Assembly: GCA_030141605.1 (NCBI GenBank)
Contig: JAQGDQ010000812.1
Coordinates: forward strand, 29,043-93,042
From: Tubiluchus corallicola
Taxonomy: Eukaryota; Animalia; Priapulida
Length of the DNA stretch: 64,000 bases
Reading direction: 5' to 3'
Shown here: positions 37,901 through 51,218 of the stretch, in pieces
Layout: every line of letters begins with the position of its first letter
How positions within the stretch are numbered: the first letter of the stretch is position 1
The notes under the pieces: generated by a model
Seen by the model: the letters and a program-made list of their open reading frames with translations, nothing else
Told to the model about the DNA's origin: nothing
The model's database searches: none
Position numbers and translations under genes: made by a program

Positions 37901-40900
37901 CAAGTGACGAAAATGTAATAGTTCATTTAAGCAAAGCTTCGTTTAAATCGAAATGGTCTCGTGTAAATGTGTTTTCTATGATTTTAGGTGAACAGTTTTG
38001 AGCAGATTTGCATAAATTATGCAAATGAGAAGCTTCATCAGTTTTTTAATTATTACGTTTTTGCGCTGGAGCAAAAAACGGTGAGTAAAAAGTTCTGAAA
38101 TTGACTTGCTGAAATGTGGAACTCAGCAGATTTGAAATATTGTTACTTTATTATAGGAATATGCTGTATACTCTCACAATGAATAAAAATCTTACAATTA
38201 AAAAACAATGAAAAGAAAATACATAGCACAGTGTTTTCGAACTACCACTGTAGTAGTTCTTCAAGTGAACACAAAAGGAAAAAAAATCACAAGCAATGAC
38301 TTAAAGCTATTGTTTTAAGTTTTTTATTATTAACATAAAAAGATATCGCACTAAAAAGGTACAAGCATGTAGAAAAAACACTGAAAAACACCTGGAGTAT
38401 AAAGGAGACATACTGAAGTATAAAATCACTGGCCACAGTTCAGAACTTTCTGTTGTATTCAATTTTGTATTCTGGCGAGCGATTTTATACTTCTGCGTTT
38501 TTGCCTGCTGTGTTTCAGTGTTTTTTTGTATTGCTTGCATCCTTTTTTATGTGATATCATTTTTATATAAATAATATAAAAAAATTCCCTCCAAAAATAA
38601 ATAGTTTTAGCATTTTTTTGTGACATTTTCTCTTTTTTCTCTTTTTTTTGTTCACCTGAAGTGCCTTTTTCCTTTTTCCTTGTTTTTAATCGTGGGATTT
38701 TTATTCAGCATCAGTATTCGTGCCATTAGGAATGAACCTTTATTACGTATTCGTATAATTTGCTACAGTGGTTCCCATTCGAGTTCCTTATTTAGTTTAC
38801 TCTTTGTCTTAATGATAACAACAAAAAAAGCAAATCTGTTTTAAAGCTTGTTAATTCACATACGTCTTGATTATGTATATTTTACCTTAATATGATTTGT
38901 AAACATCATCACTTTGTTGCATAGTGATAGCACTTCGCTATTGAACATGTAATAAATAATCTATTTTATCAATTGTCCAGGTTTGTGTTACACAGACGAA
39001 ATGAAAATGTTTCTTGTAGCATTACAAAAGCTGCAAGTGTGACTCTGAAGTAAAAATGTTTGCCAATGATAGACATGTGGTTGTTCTATAAGGTTTCTTT
39101 TTCAAATGAAGTTTGAAACGTTTCAAAGTCATTTGGGGCTTCTTCACTGGTGTAAAAGTACAAATATGCAAATTTTTCTAACTTTAATAAGGTAAAAATT
39201 AACTCCATTGGTCAAATTAAAAGTTTGACCTGTGCTGGTTCCAAACATTTGTTATTTTGTTTGTTTTATTAATAAATAGAAAGTTTCAAACATCTCTGTG
39301 TTTGCTTGTGGATGTCATTGCAAAATTTTTGACGTTGTCTTTATAGGCTGGCAATGCTTGTAAGTTAGTATTATGAAAAATCTACCACCACTTGATGAAA
39401 TCAGCAATGCTGCTTTCTTATTTTTATACTTATAATAATTTTAGTTATTTTTTGGCACTGTGTTTTCTTTTTTAGTATGCAGCTGAAGGTATAGAATTTT
39501 CTCATATACATTTCATTGACAATACGGCCTGCCTAGAGTTGTTAGAAAAATCTCCAAGTTGTGTGATGAAAATTCTTGCTGAGGAATGCCGATTCCCAAA
39601 GGTATTTCTATTTAATACCTTTTAATAGCAAACGTTTAGCAGCATGTGGTGTATTTCAGTAATTGTAATTGCAATTACCATAGCATGTTTATTTTTATTC
39701 TGAGAATGCTCTAGAACTCCTCAATCTGCTCATTCACAAATACAGTACAAACTCATTTCAGTTTATAATGATTGCCTAAAATAAGTAGCTTTCATTTTGA
39801 GGGTCGAAGTGCAGCTTCAGCTAGCATTCTTTCAAGTTTTTCATCGTTTCAAATCAAAGGCATTTTACATTCATTGTCAGTAAGTTTTAATAGGGCTTAT
39901 TTTAAACAACCATTGCAAAATAGAACAGGGAGTGTTGTGGATTTTAGTTAAATTTCGTATATTCTCGACTCTGCCTTTGGAGATTGCATTGGGCACACAT
40001 TATCATAATTAATCAATATACCAGTTTCTGTAGATTATGGTTTTTGTTTTAGGGATACAAATCTGGATTTGCAAATTGCATTTTGTGAACATCATAATTA
40101 ACCAATATGCCACGTTCTCTTGATAATAGTTTTTGCTTTAGGGAACTGATGAGACGTATATTGCAAAGCAACACAACGAGTTTGAACATCATCCTCACTA
40201 CATAAAAGGCGACAGACGCCACTGGCATTTGCAGTTTGGTATATTGCACTACGCCGGTCCTGTCATGTACAGTGTAGCTGGATTTCTGGATAAAAACAAA
40301 GATGTTCAACAGGCACAGTTCTTTGGCGTGCTAGAGATGTCCCGTAACGGTTTTGTTAGAGGTCTTCCAGATTTTCAGGTTGAACTGAGCTGCATATAAA
40401 TACAATACATTTATAATTTTTTAATGTCATTTAGCAAAGACGTGCATATTTTATTGTGTTTTCTGCATTGTTATGCACAGAGAGTAGTTTGTTTCATTTT
40501 TTGTTGGTACAAATGTATTGGCTGCTTAGTCATAGAGCTTTGTGACCAAATTTAAACAATATCAAATCTGATTAGTAAATTGTTAGATCGGAAATTAAGC
40601 AATGCCCGAGAAACTGCCTACTAGTTTTTTTCTGTCATTCTGCCTTTGGCCATATACATCACTGAGTGAGAATATGTACACATAAGGGTAAGGAATGTCT
40701 GCTGGTTTAGTATCCTATCTTAAATGATTATCCTTGATAATGAGTAGGTTGTGGTTCTGTCACAATCATCTACGTTATGTGGACTGTTACACTGAATACT
40801 GGATCTTAGTTTGCAGAGCATCAAACTGTCTATAAAAGTTGCTGCAGCAATTAAATGATATTGTTTTTCATAGTAGTACAGTAGGTGATGTTTATTAGAC

Positions 40901-43282
40901 TCACATTTAAGAGAATCAGTCACTTAATTGACTCAAAAATGTCTGGTAGAAACAGTGGTGTTGAGTACAGTTTCGTTTATAAGTGGGTACCAATTCTGCT
41001 TTGAATCTGGTGCGATTTTTTATTTTCTTTTATTTTTATTAATTTGCTTATATAAATTAGTACCCATATTCTTAGATGATTGCACATAGGAATTTTGGCA
41101 TTAACTTGTTTATGAAATACATTTAAAGTGCATACTAAATTGATAAGTGATGGCTCATTTCTATGGTAGTAATACTATAATACTAAACCTGTCGATTAAT
41201 AGGTTCAGTCGGTTAATTGGGTCAAAACGCTTTCATCCTAAAGTGAGTCTATTAAACGACATGTACCGTATGAGCATCAAATTTTTATAGTTCTAAAAAT
41301 TAGCCAAGTGTAGCTTTTCTGCAGGTTTTAACATTTTTTGTATTGAAGGTTGATGCAAATAACTACAGTATTTATCTGGCAACTTTAATCAGAGAGCTAT
41401 ATGTTGTAATGAGTCTTTTCACAGTTCTAGCAATTGATGATGATCGTGAAAAGGTCAAAGCTTAAGTGTACCAGACAACACATTTGTGTCCACTTGACAA
41501 TGCCTTGCAACCCATGCTGTAGTTAGAACTTTACCTAGTTCATTTTTTCTTGTTCCCACGCAAGATCCTGCTAGTAAATCACAATACACACAGACTAATG
41601 CATAATCAAGTAAAGTCCACCTAAGTATTACTGAAACGGCTTTACTTTACCCGTGATGGTTGTAATTAAGATATGTGATACACGTTGCGTTGTAATACAC
41701 GTAACCTTTGACCTACTGCAACAACATGTGCTCACAATGAAACTGCGAAAAGATTTACTAACACAAATAATGTTTTACTAGTGATGGTGAATACTCAATA
41801 GTGTGTCATAACATTTCTAATGCAAACATACTACATGCAATTTAATTTCTGTTGAAGGCATTTCTACCACTCTTATGTGTGAATTATTATTTATCGTATG
41901 TTGCCTACATTGTAGGATTTGATTGGTGTCATCTGGTCACACGTTGGCTCTGCAGCACAGAAATCAAACACACTGAGCAAGGGTTCCACAGGAAAAGGAA
42001 AGCCCATGACGACAGATGTCTTTAAGTTGCAGCTCAATTCGCTGATGGATACACTGAAAGGAACTGTTCCATGGTATGATATAATGCAAATATGAAAAAC
42101 ATCTTAAAAATAAAGAGGTTTAGTTATTTGGGTTGACAAAAAATACCATACTATCTTATTGCAGCATGAAAAAGTATAATGCAGTTTGTTTATTTATGCA
42201 GGTTATTCACACTCAGTTAAGATTCAATCAATGTATCATAATGAAAAACTATATAATAAAAGAATTATGCAGAAACAGCCTGGCAAATTCCAACATAAAT
42301 TCGCTCATATTTTGTAATATGTACACACACTTGATAAGTGTAGGATTTTTCTTATAAAGCTGTTAGTTTCCAAACGATCATTAATGCTATTCAGTTTATC
42401 AGTAATTATGTGTTAGTGGTATTGGCTTCAATAACTGGAAACAAATTAATTATTGGTATTTTATCTTTAAGCAAATTTGCATCCAGTCTCACTGTGATAG
42501 GTAGCAGTTGAACAGATTTATTTTTCCGCCAAATTTGTAAAATTGGTTGCTTGACTTGAGTTTATGAGAAGATTAGTGCTTGATGCTTAACGAAGCTTTT
42601 TTCTAGAAAATTGTTAATATTCATACGAGGGGAGGGTTGGGAATCAAGTCATTTTCTTTGGCGGCATTTCATTTCTGTTATGTTTCATAAGAGTTAATTT
42701 TGTAACATTAACAGCAAAATGCACTTTTACTCAGGTGCCAGGTGTTCTTTCTGTGGTAAATAATTGCACCACAGTTGTCAGTTACAGCAAGTGTGACATC
42801 AGCTCACCTACGTGATAGAAGTAGAATTACCAGTGATGAAGATATGAAGGATCATCACTCTTGTGCACTATTGGTTCTCAAATTTCTCTGTTGTGAGAAT
42901 AGCCATATGTTTACAACCCCATCCTACTCAACTCAAAAAGGAAAAAACACATTCTAGGATCAAGAGCCAAATGGCTTATTGTAGCAAATAACAGCAGATA
43001 AAAATCAGGCAACCTTAGCCTTGGCAGAATTGAAAAGTATTTTAGTAATTATTTTGGGTAATATATAAGATTTAGTTCGTACATGGTATGCTATGCTCCA
43101 CTGACACAGAGCCTTCTGACGATGTCTTTGCTGTGCCTCTATTGGTACGAATTTATGCTTTTAGGTATGTGCGTTGTATAAAACCAAACAAGGAAAAGAC
43201 AGCAAATAACTACGATGACGACTTTGTGTTGACTCAGTTGCGATACACGGGCATGTTGGACATTGTGAGAATCAAAAAACAG
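31958..43282 (+). CDS. Unconventional myosin heavy chain, motor-domain exons (most similar to class XXII myosins); 3' part not found in the window
   Basis: Fourteen phase-consistent exons: 31958-31976 (start tentative), 32376-32482, 32854-32916, 33978-34121 (P-loop GESGAGK), 34544-34652 ([15 protein letters not shown]...[10 protein letters not shown]), 34868-35092 (switch [17 protein letters not shown]), 35667-35851, 36225-36395, 37486-37632 (switch [10 protein letters not shown]), 37988-38080, 39476-39601, 40142-40378, 41916-42073 and 43165-43282 (YVRCIKPN...[13 protein letters not shown]). The class assignment rests on recalled signature peptides and needs phylogeny. Confidence 0.93.
32483..32853 (+). 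other. U12-type (minor spliceosome) GT-AG intron in the myosin gene
   Basis: The 5' site is GTATCTTT. The branch box TTTCCTTAAC lies at 32831-32840, ending 13 nt before the intron end, with no long polypyrimidine tract. The flanking exons join in frame as ...RYERDSIY|TYIGTIL.... Confidence 0.88.
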
Positions 43283-46200
43283 GTAAGTGATACTTGATTT
43301 TTTTAGTTTTTTTTAGTTTTTTGCTATTACAGAATGCCTTGATTGAACAAATCAGCAAGTATAAGATATTTTTGGCAAAAATCTTTACTGTTGTGAGGCA
43401 ATATGTAAACAAAAGAAACTAATTGTTAAAGAAGACAATTAAGCAAACATGTTTTGGCAGTTTAAGAAATGTGTGCATTTTGGGGCATCTTGTGTAGCGT
43501 ACAATCACTGTCTTTAGTGTAAAATTAATAACTGCTCAGCTATTATGACAGTGTGAGGGCAACAGCAAACTAATTGCAACTAAATCCTTAGAGTGGTATT
43601 TAACTGTGTTTAGAAATGAAAAATCTATCATCTAATTTCTTTTTGAAGTTTAAAAAAGCAGCGCACAGGTTACTAAATTCTAATTTCTACTTTATATTGC
43701 ATTAATCTCGGCTATTGTGTATAAATGCTGCAGTCTAGCAAAACTTTGCGCTTCCTACGATATTGCCCCCTGAAAGTTTTTTAACTATAAATACAGGATG
43801 CATGCATCTGTAATTTTTGCAAACATTCATATTGATTACTTTAAGGTTTTAAATGTGTTTTAGCAGTAATATTATTTTATCTAGCATAACTGATACAGAT
43901 ATTTAATATAAGTCATTATACTTCCAATATTAGACTTCATTACAAACCTCCTAAACCTGTGTTCCTCTTGTACAGTTTTTTATCATGTGTATATAGTTTT
44001 GTAATTGCTTTTATATAGTACGTTATGTATTGATTTAAATCTAAAATAAATAAGTAAAATAATAAATAAATGTTTGGATGACTTACTGCTTAGTGTACTG
44101 TAAACTGCCGTGTTTTACATATTTTTACATGTATGGGTTTCGCTTGACAACTAATGTCTTTGTGAAAATGAAGCTTACAATTTTCACCTTGTTTGTGTCA
44201 TCAATAATACAGCCAAATGACTTCTTTCGCTGAGTTTGTATGTCACACTGTTGCATTACTGAAGTTTCACATATTGATAACAACCATACTATCAGCAGCA
44301 GCAAGACTCTGAGCAAAATCACCCTCATTTTCCTCAATTTGTGAGTAGGTAAGATAATGCCAGTTAGCCAGTATGCTAAGAGTAAACTATGGGAAAATTC
44401 AGGTGCTATTAGCAGAGTAATGTCATTTAGAAGAGCAAGTAAGGCTTGCGTTTTAGTACAGCGTAGCTGCGTGTCTGAAAGTGTATCAGAATTATATCCA
44501 TAAAACAATAAGAGATGTAGCTTTCTATATTAATGAATACCAAACAGTATTTTGCGCTTTGTTAAATGATGTACTTTATGCATTAGAAAGGAAAGATTAT
44601 TCTTTTTTCTGCAGAGAAGCACTGCTATGTATGGTGAATCATATACATATGACAAAGAAAATAGTATTTTGCTCATAGTTGCTTTTTGCTCAAATTTTTT
44701 TGGGTTTTTACACACATTGCCATTCTTTGTGTTGAAACAACAAAATGTAAATTAGGGATGTTAAACAATTTTACAGAAGAGTGTGATAAGCTGCGATATG
44801 TACCAAATTTGATACGAAAACAATATTCCTAGAATAATATTGATGCAATAACAATGAAAACAAATTTTTCGCGTCAATACGATAATTGATAATTATCGAC
44901 CTGATACATTTACATGCAATCCTTAATGTAAAGCACCTATGTTGGTAATCATGACTGTTTATTTATTTCATTCTCTTTTTGAGAAGCTTTTAATTTTAGA
45001 CAAATGTCTTTGAAAATACAATAAAACAAAAGGATATAAGCCCAGGCCAAATGAGAACCTCATCATTTTTGTGGTCAGTGCCAAATGCGGATGATTTTTA
45101 TATGATTGGGTATGTGCTGCACGTAAAAATGGCAGAACAGAATCTTCTAATAATAATAATATTATTTTTGTGATAAACTATACTTAAACGGTTTTATATT
45201 GAGAGCCCTAAAACAGTTAGGGTGTCTGAAGAGTCCCACATTTTCCACATTTGAAACAGTTCTTAAGCCTTAAAAATGAAGACAATTTTTTTATGAAATG
45301 GACTAATGTGCTTTGAGTTGTAGCTAAAAAATCAGTAATCTCAACAACATTTGGAAGGTTTCATTTTCATTTGTATCATTTTACAAATTTTCAAGTGGTT
45401 AGGCAGCATGACCACCTGGCAGACTACGAGTAGTATTTCTGGCAATAGCAGACAATAATAACAAACAACATAGCAACTTCTGGGAATGCATATCCAGAGA
45501 AATTATTGCTGGTAAATGTTAGCAAATGTCATGAAAGCCCCTCCTCTACTTTTAAAGAAGCACATGCAGCTGAACGTATGGCTCATGAGCCATTGCCTTG
45601 ACTTTCTTGACAAATCAATACTTTTTACAAACAGTTCCCTTTTTGCCTCTGCCAGGGGAAATAGGGGGACTACGTTCCTCCTCTGTTTTGGGGTGATACG
45701 CATACTTGTGAATTTTTCTTCAGTACTTCAAGCAACACAGAGTGTGGGCCTGTTGGCCCTGTTATTGAGAAATCACTTGAAATGCGTCTGTTGTATTACA
45801 GTATTACTTGCAGTTCAGAGTTCTAGGCAGTTGGGTTACAGTAATAAATCTGATATTTCAAAATACTGTTACGGTGTTTCTAAATACTGTTGTTGTGAAC
45901 TACTGATCAGCAGTTTACAAATACTGAAAATATAACTGAAGGCAAAATTGTAATAATAACTACTGTGCAATTTTGAGATTAGTATTTTAAGCAATCCTAT
46001 AGCTAAAGGTTTTGTTGCCCATGAACTACAATACCTTTTTATTAAAAAGGTTGTAGAAACGCTTCCCACAGGAGTGCTTCTAAACATAGCTTCTTTAGAA
46101 GGAACACTAGACAAGGCAATTCCTATAGGTGGGACTTCGTATATCATAGGTACTTAATATTGTTCATTACTGGAGTTTCATAGACCATTTATTGATGAAA

Positions 46201-47425
46201 ATTCACCATTTAGGATTTGGTATGCACTATGCATGAGTTCAGCTATAGTTTGTGATCAAAAAGTTTCAACAAAAATAACTCCCCTAGAAACCTTGAAACT
46301 CTCCAAGCCATTTCTAAACGCTTCCAAAGTATATAATAATTCAAATTAATCGCTTCCTCGGGTAGGTTAGCAATCTAATAAGGAGGTTTGGCCCACTTCA
46401 CCTTGTAGAGATGAATATCACACTAGTGTGTTGTATTGCTGTTGCATTCAAACGTGTACTATATGTGGCAATGACATTGGGACACCAGCCAGCCTGTTTC
46501 GTAGTTTGTCCCCACAATCTAGCACTGATAATCAGTCGTGTATGACGTTCCACGTAGTGTTTATTCGATTACTACTCAGTGCAATGTTGTCTGACTATCA
46601 AAGTTATGCAATTTGGCTTATATGCTTCCAAAACCGGCTTTGCGTTATTTTCTGTCGCATTGACAAAAGAGGTTAATTTAGTTTTTGTAATAGGATTACA
46701 CAGAAAACTAACCGTTGGAACGGTTGAATAATCCTGTCGTTCAACTCATGTTTGGCTTCTTATCCATTTCGCAATTCTGCTATTGGAAAACAAAGAAGAG
46801 CGTATTTCTGATCAAACAAGTTACTTTCGTTTGCAAAAACAACTACATTCGTACCTGCCAGCAGAGGCATGTACCCCGCATCGTGATTAATGATTGTTTT
46901 AGCACTTTCCATAGAAAAGTGGCCACCGCTTGTTTAGCTAAAGTAAAACTTGAGGGAGTTGTCGGATTACTTGAATCATTTGTCTCTTTTTTCATTCATT
47001 TTGCTGCTTACATTTGTAGGTATAAAATGGTTTCGCATTAATTGTGTGTGAGAGAGTAATCTTAAAACGATTCTTCCATTTTCTTGTGTGAGCCTTACTT
47101 ACCCCCAGGTGGGTAACATTTGGCTGTGGTTGTTATACATTGTGATACATAGGTATTCTTACCTTAACTCCTCATTTTTGAGTACATTTATTTTGACACA
47201 CCCAAATTTTACCCACCTCGGGATAAATAAGGCACACACACAAATAAATGTACTAGTAGTTTATGTAATTTTGAAATTCGCTACAAAGTTGGGAAAATGA
47301 AATTTCAGAAAGATAATAATTTTCATTGGTAGCTCAACAGTTGCAAAATAGTAACTTGGCTTCTAGTAGTAGCATTTAAGCAGCACAATTTGTATTCATT
47401 TTGAAATGATAAAAACTGCAAAAAC

Positions 47426-48508
47426 TAGGTGTGTTCGAGATTCGGTTCACGACGATAACTGAGTTCGAGGTCGGAATTTTTCAAGGTTCGGGATCAAGTG
47501 GTCGGAAACGGGGTTTGGTCGAGATCGGGGTTCCAGATCCCGAACTTTTGTACATAATTACACTGTATCAATAAATGGAGATAAGAAAATTACAGCGAAA
47601 TTAGTTTAGCTTTAAATTATAGGTACATAGAATCCTGAACGAAAAATATGTAGTCTAGACTATGAGGATGTGCCACCCACACACATGCACTCCCTCGCAG
47701 TGTGCCAAGTATAAATGCAAAATGCATTAATTACCCTGTTATTCTGCAAATGATAAAACATTTGTTTGCTCTCGAGTAGCACCAATTTATTAATTATTTA
47801 TTTAGTACTGATATGTATACACCATAGATGAAAAGCATAACATCATCCAAAACATATATTTACAGTTAAGACATAAGACGGAACAATAAGTGTTTTCCCT
47901 CATTTCCGCTTGATGTGTGCGTTATCAAAACTTGTACTGAGTGTCTGCATATTTCACTATGCTAAGGAAATGTAAAGTAAACTTAACAGTAATCTCTTTG
48001 CTACGAATTTAAATATTTGTTGAAAAGAATAATAACGTTTACTGGCTAAACAGCATTACGTGCTAAAGCGAATTTTAGATAGGAAAGATACTAGTAGCAC
48101 TGAAACGAAAATCACACAAAATATTTTTCGTAAGACGGTGCCATTCTTTTATATAGTTTTCGTAAATTGTTCCATTTTTATTATATACTTCACCAGAATA
48201 AATGAGTCACTCTTACAGATGAGATGGCTGAATGCATTCTCTTTTATGTGCCGCGAAAAGCTAAAACTTGAAACTACCTACAAGATGTTTTCATTAAATA
48301 GCGCTGACAATCGCGCTATGCAGCTGTGGTTAATAAAATCTCAGTATTTAATATGTTATCACGAAATTTAAGCGACGAATAACCTTGCAAATGTCTCATT
48401 TTTCATTTTTTTCTACGGGCCTCAGAAACCTGAGGTAAACGTTCGGGAACAGGGTTCGGGGTTTAAGAAAAGTTCGGAATCGAGGTTCGGGGGTCGGGAA
48501 CATCCCTA
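47426..48508. mobile_element. Non-autonomous hAT-like element with GTTCGG/GTCGG subterminal repeats
   Basis: The left end TAGGTGTGTTCGAGA resembles the reverse complement of the right end, TAGGGATGTTCCCGA (Ac-like TAGGGATG). Dense TTCGG/TCGG repeats occur at 47430-47545 and 48440-48500. The TSD is poor (4 of 8). Confidence 0.6.
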
Positions 48509-49620
48509 GTGGTAACCAAGATTCAAGGCCGGGCGTACTTGCCAACATCAGAGCTGTGTTTCAACGCGGAGATGTCTCAAGAAGAAAAATATCCACATGC
48601 AGTTTGGCATAGGAGAAGCTCAAGAGCTATTTTTCAGGTTATCATCCATACATTGACTTAATTGATCCAGTGTCGCGTAACCTTGGTCACTAAGCAGACA
48701 CAGCAACACTTGATTATCCTTCCCGTCTGAAAGCAAAATAATTGCCGATTTGTCTGATTTGGGCTTTCATAGTTTCTGACCTACATGACGGTCCAATTTA
48801 TATCAGAGTGTTCCCTGAGAAATTTACACCATATAAATAATCACTAAACTATAATAAGTTCACTAGAGAATCCGTCTTTATTTGAAGCAAGAAACAATAA
48901 ACATGAGTAAGAGTGATTCCTCTGTGAAATATCCCATATACTACAGTAACTGGGCTCTCCACATTGGAAGATGCGGGTAAATCATTTCTAATAGGCTTAG
49001 AACGCAATATATTTGGTTTTTAAAGAACATCACGAAAATCTTCGATGTAACATATATTAAAATCTGAATGCGAAATGGTGATAGAATTAAGTATTAGAAA
49101 CGAAGAAACCCGAAGCCCTTTTAGCACAGAACCTCTGGAGGTTTGTTGACTAGTTTTTACCAGAGCATTTATGTAACTTGAGACTGTGCTAAATATGTTT
49201 TGTTTTAAAACATTTTCATAAACTTATGTATTCTGGGGAGCAAGCAGAATTTCTCTTATCTACAAAAAATATGATTTAACAAATAACGCTAATTACGGGA
49301 TGATCGTTCTTATTTCTGTCATCAGGAAAATCTACCACCAACTTCTTTCTCACCTTTCTCACCATCCTCCTGGTAGATTTTCATCTGTCAGCCGGCGAAC
49401 ACTTGATAATGTTGTTTCAGTTGTGTTCGCCATGAGTTACTTGAGCAAAAAGTACTTCAGTCACTTGCTAGGTCTATCCTGAAGGATTTGGTCCACAGCT
49501 CCTTATTTGAATATTCGGAGCACCCTGGCTCGTGAGCCAGGGGTCCCCCATCCGCCACCCGGGGGATGCGCCCGGTAGGGGTTTACTCCCCCCCGAGACC
49601 AACTTCTGACTGGCCGAATA

Positions 49621-51182
49621 TTAGATTTCCTACTCAAGAATAATTTAATAGATCCGAAGACTCAAAAAGCTTTTATCAATGGCATCAAAGGCTGTCCAGA
49701 GCATATACAAGTGATAAACGAAATCATACAACATGGTAAAGCATTCGAGAAGACAGTACACATAACATGGTTTGACTTGGAAGATACCTTTGGATTTATT
49801 TTTCCTAACGTAATAAAATTTTGCTTGAAAAGATACAAACTCCCAATTTCTGTTCAACTGTATGTCTGTAATCTTTTTTCCGTACTTAAGGGAAGCGTGA
49901 AAACAAAAATATGCACATTATGGATTTTAATTTCAAGGCGGCAATCTGTATCACCTCTATTCTTTTTGATGTGTTTTAATCCAATCGTGGAATATTTTAA
50001 ATCTGAACTTAATTATGGTTTTGTGATGAACATCACCAGGTACATCACGCTGCCACAGGCGGATGATTTTTGTCTAATAACGTCCAACAAATAAACCCAC
50101 CAAAGAATCATGAATGAACAAAATTATTCATGAAATAATAATAATATATGGAATACATGAGCTTTAAACTGACCGCTTCCAAATCTAGTCTCTGGATAAC
50201 ATCAGGCACAGCACGAGTCATTCTCTGTTTCATAAATGGTAGTGAAATTTGCTCGACCCAAAATGATCCGCAAATGTTCATCGGGCACCTGGTGTCGTTC
50301 AGCAAAAAAGATTCCGATGCTTATGAATATGCTCATGGAAAAATTGAGAACTTTTTGCAGAATATAGCCAAATCACTATTACGCTTTAAATGTAAAGTCA
50401 AGGTTTATAACGACTACTTATTACTCTCAATGCGGTTTTTATTATCACTACATGACTTGACTAAAACACAGTTAAATAATCTGGATGCCCTATATTTACG
50501 TTTCTTAAAAGAATAGCTGCATATGCCTGAATGTGGCACACCAGCAGTACTGCATTTGACACAGGCACTAAATATTAAGTAAATTTCTACTTTGCACTTA
50601 GAGTGTCATGCGACCATTTTTGCCAACTCTAGATTGAAAACAGATAAAACGGTAAATAATGCTCTTGACCGTAAGCTCTTTAGGGAATCGTCGTGGGTAC
50701 GTAAATACTTTTGCCAGTCAAATCGAAGGCACTGTTCAACCGATCATTGCAAGAGAGGCAGAGATGAGTGGGGAAAACATAAATTTCTCTGATAAACAAA
50801 TTTCTCGGGTCAAACAAAAAATTAAACATTTAGTTCAAAAGCAACAAGTAGGTTATTGGCAGAACCACATCAGAAACCTTGTGGTTCGAAGCAAGTGACA
50901 GTTCTATTGGCGGAAGAGACTAAATATTCCACATGAAAAGGTATAGTCTACAACATGTCATGCAAGGCTGCTTAATTTTTGATCAATGCCTCGATTGACT
51001 GCAGTCCCTCTGCTGCCATGGTTGTCCGGCGGAACAAACAGACGTCTGACAAATATAATCACTGTATATATCCTTTTAGCGCAGAACCTCTAGAGTTTTG
51101 TTGAGTAGTTTTTACTAAGGCATCAATGTTAACCTGAGACTGTGTTAAATGTGGTTAATTTTAAAACATACATTTCTTGTAA

Positions 51183-51194
<12 letters not shown>
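49621..51194 (+). mobile_element. Degenerate 5'-truncated HERO/NeSL-like (R2-supergroup) non-LTR retrotransposon
   Basis: Translation gives IDPKTQKAFINGIKGCPEH, HITWFDLEDTFG, SPLFFLMCFNPI, TLPQADDFCLIT, KVKVYNDYLL and W..HIRNLVV, with frameshifts. It ends in a ~120-bp tail also present at 49117-49231, then (TA)n. Confidence 0.8.

Positions 51195-51218
<24 letters not shown>

Noticed and set aside
45226-45260. CTGAAGA...GAAAC hammerhead-like spacing
   Set aside because: The intervening sequence cannot form stem II.
44125-46147. ORFs 44125-44508 (-), 45516-45935 (+), 45869-46147 (-) and an IQ-like ACVLVQRS peptide
   Set aside because: No recognisable domain or consistent splice sites; probably decayed repeat sequence.
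47430-47545. Interspersed short TTCGG repeats (also AGCTAACTAC repeats at 6200-6320) resembling an array
   Set aside because: No constant repeat-spacer period and the context is eukaryotic; they are better explained as transposon subterminal repeats, not CRISPR.
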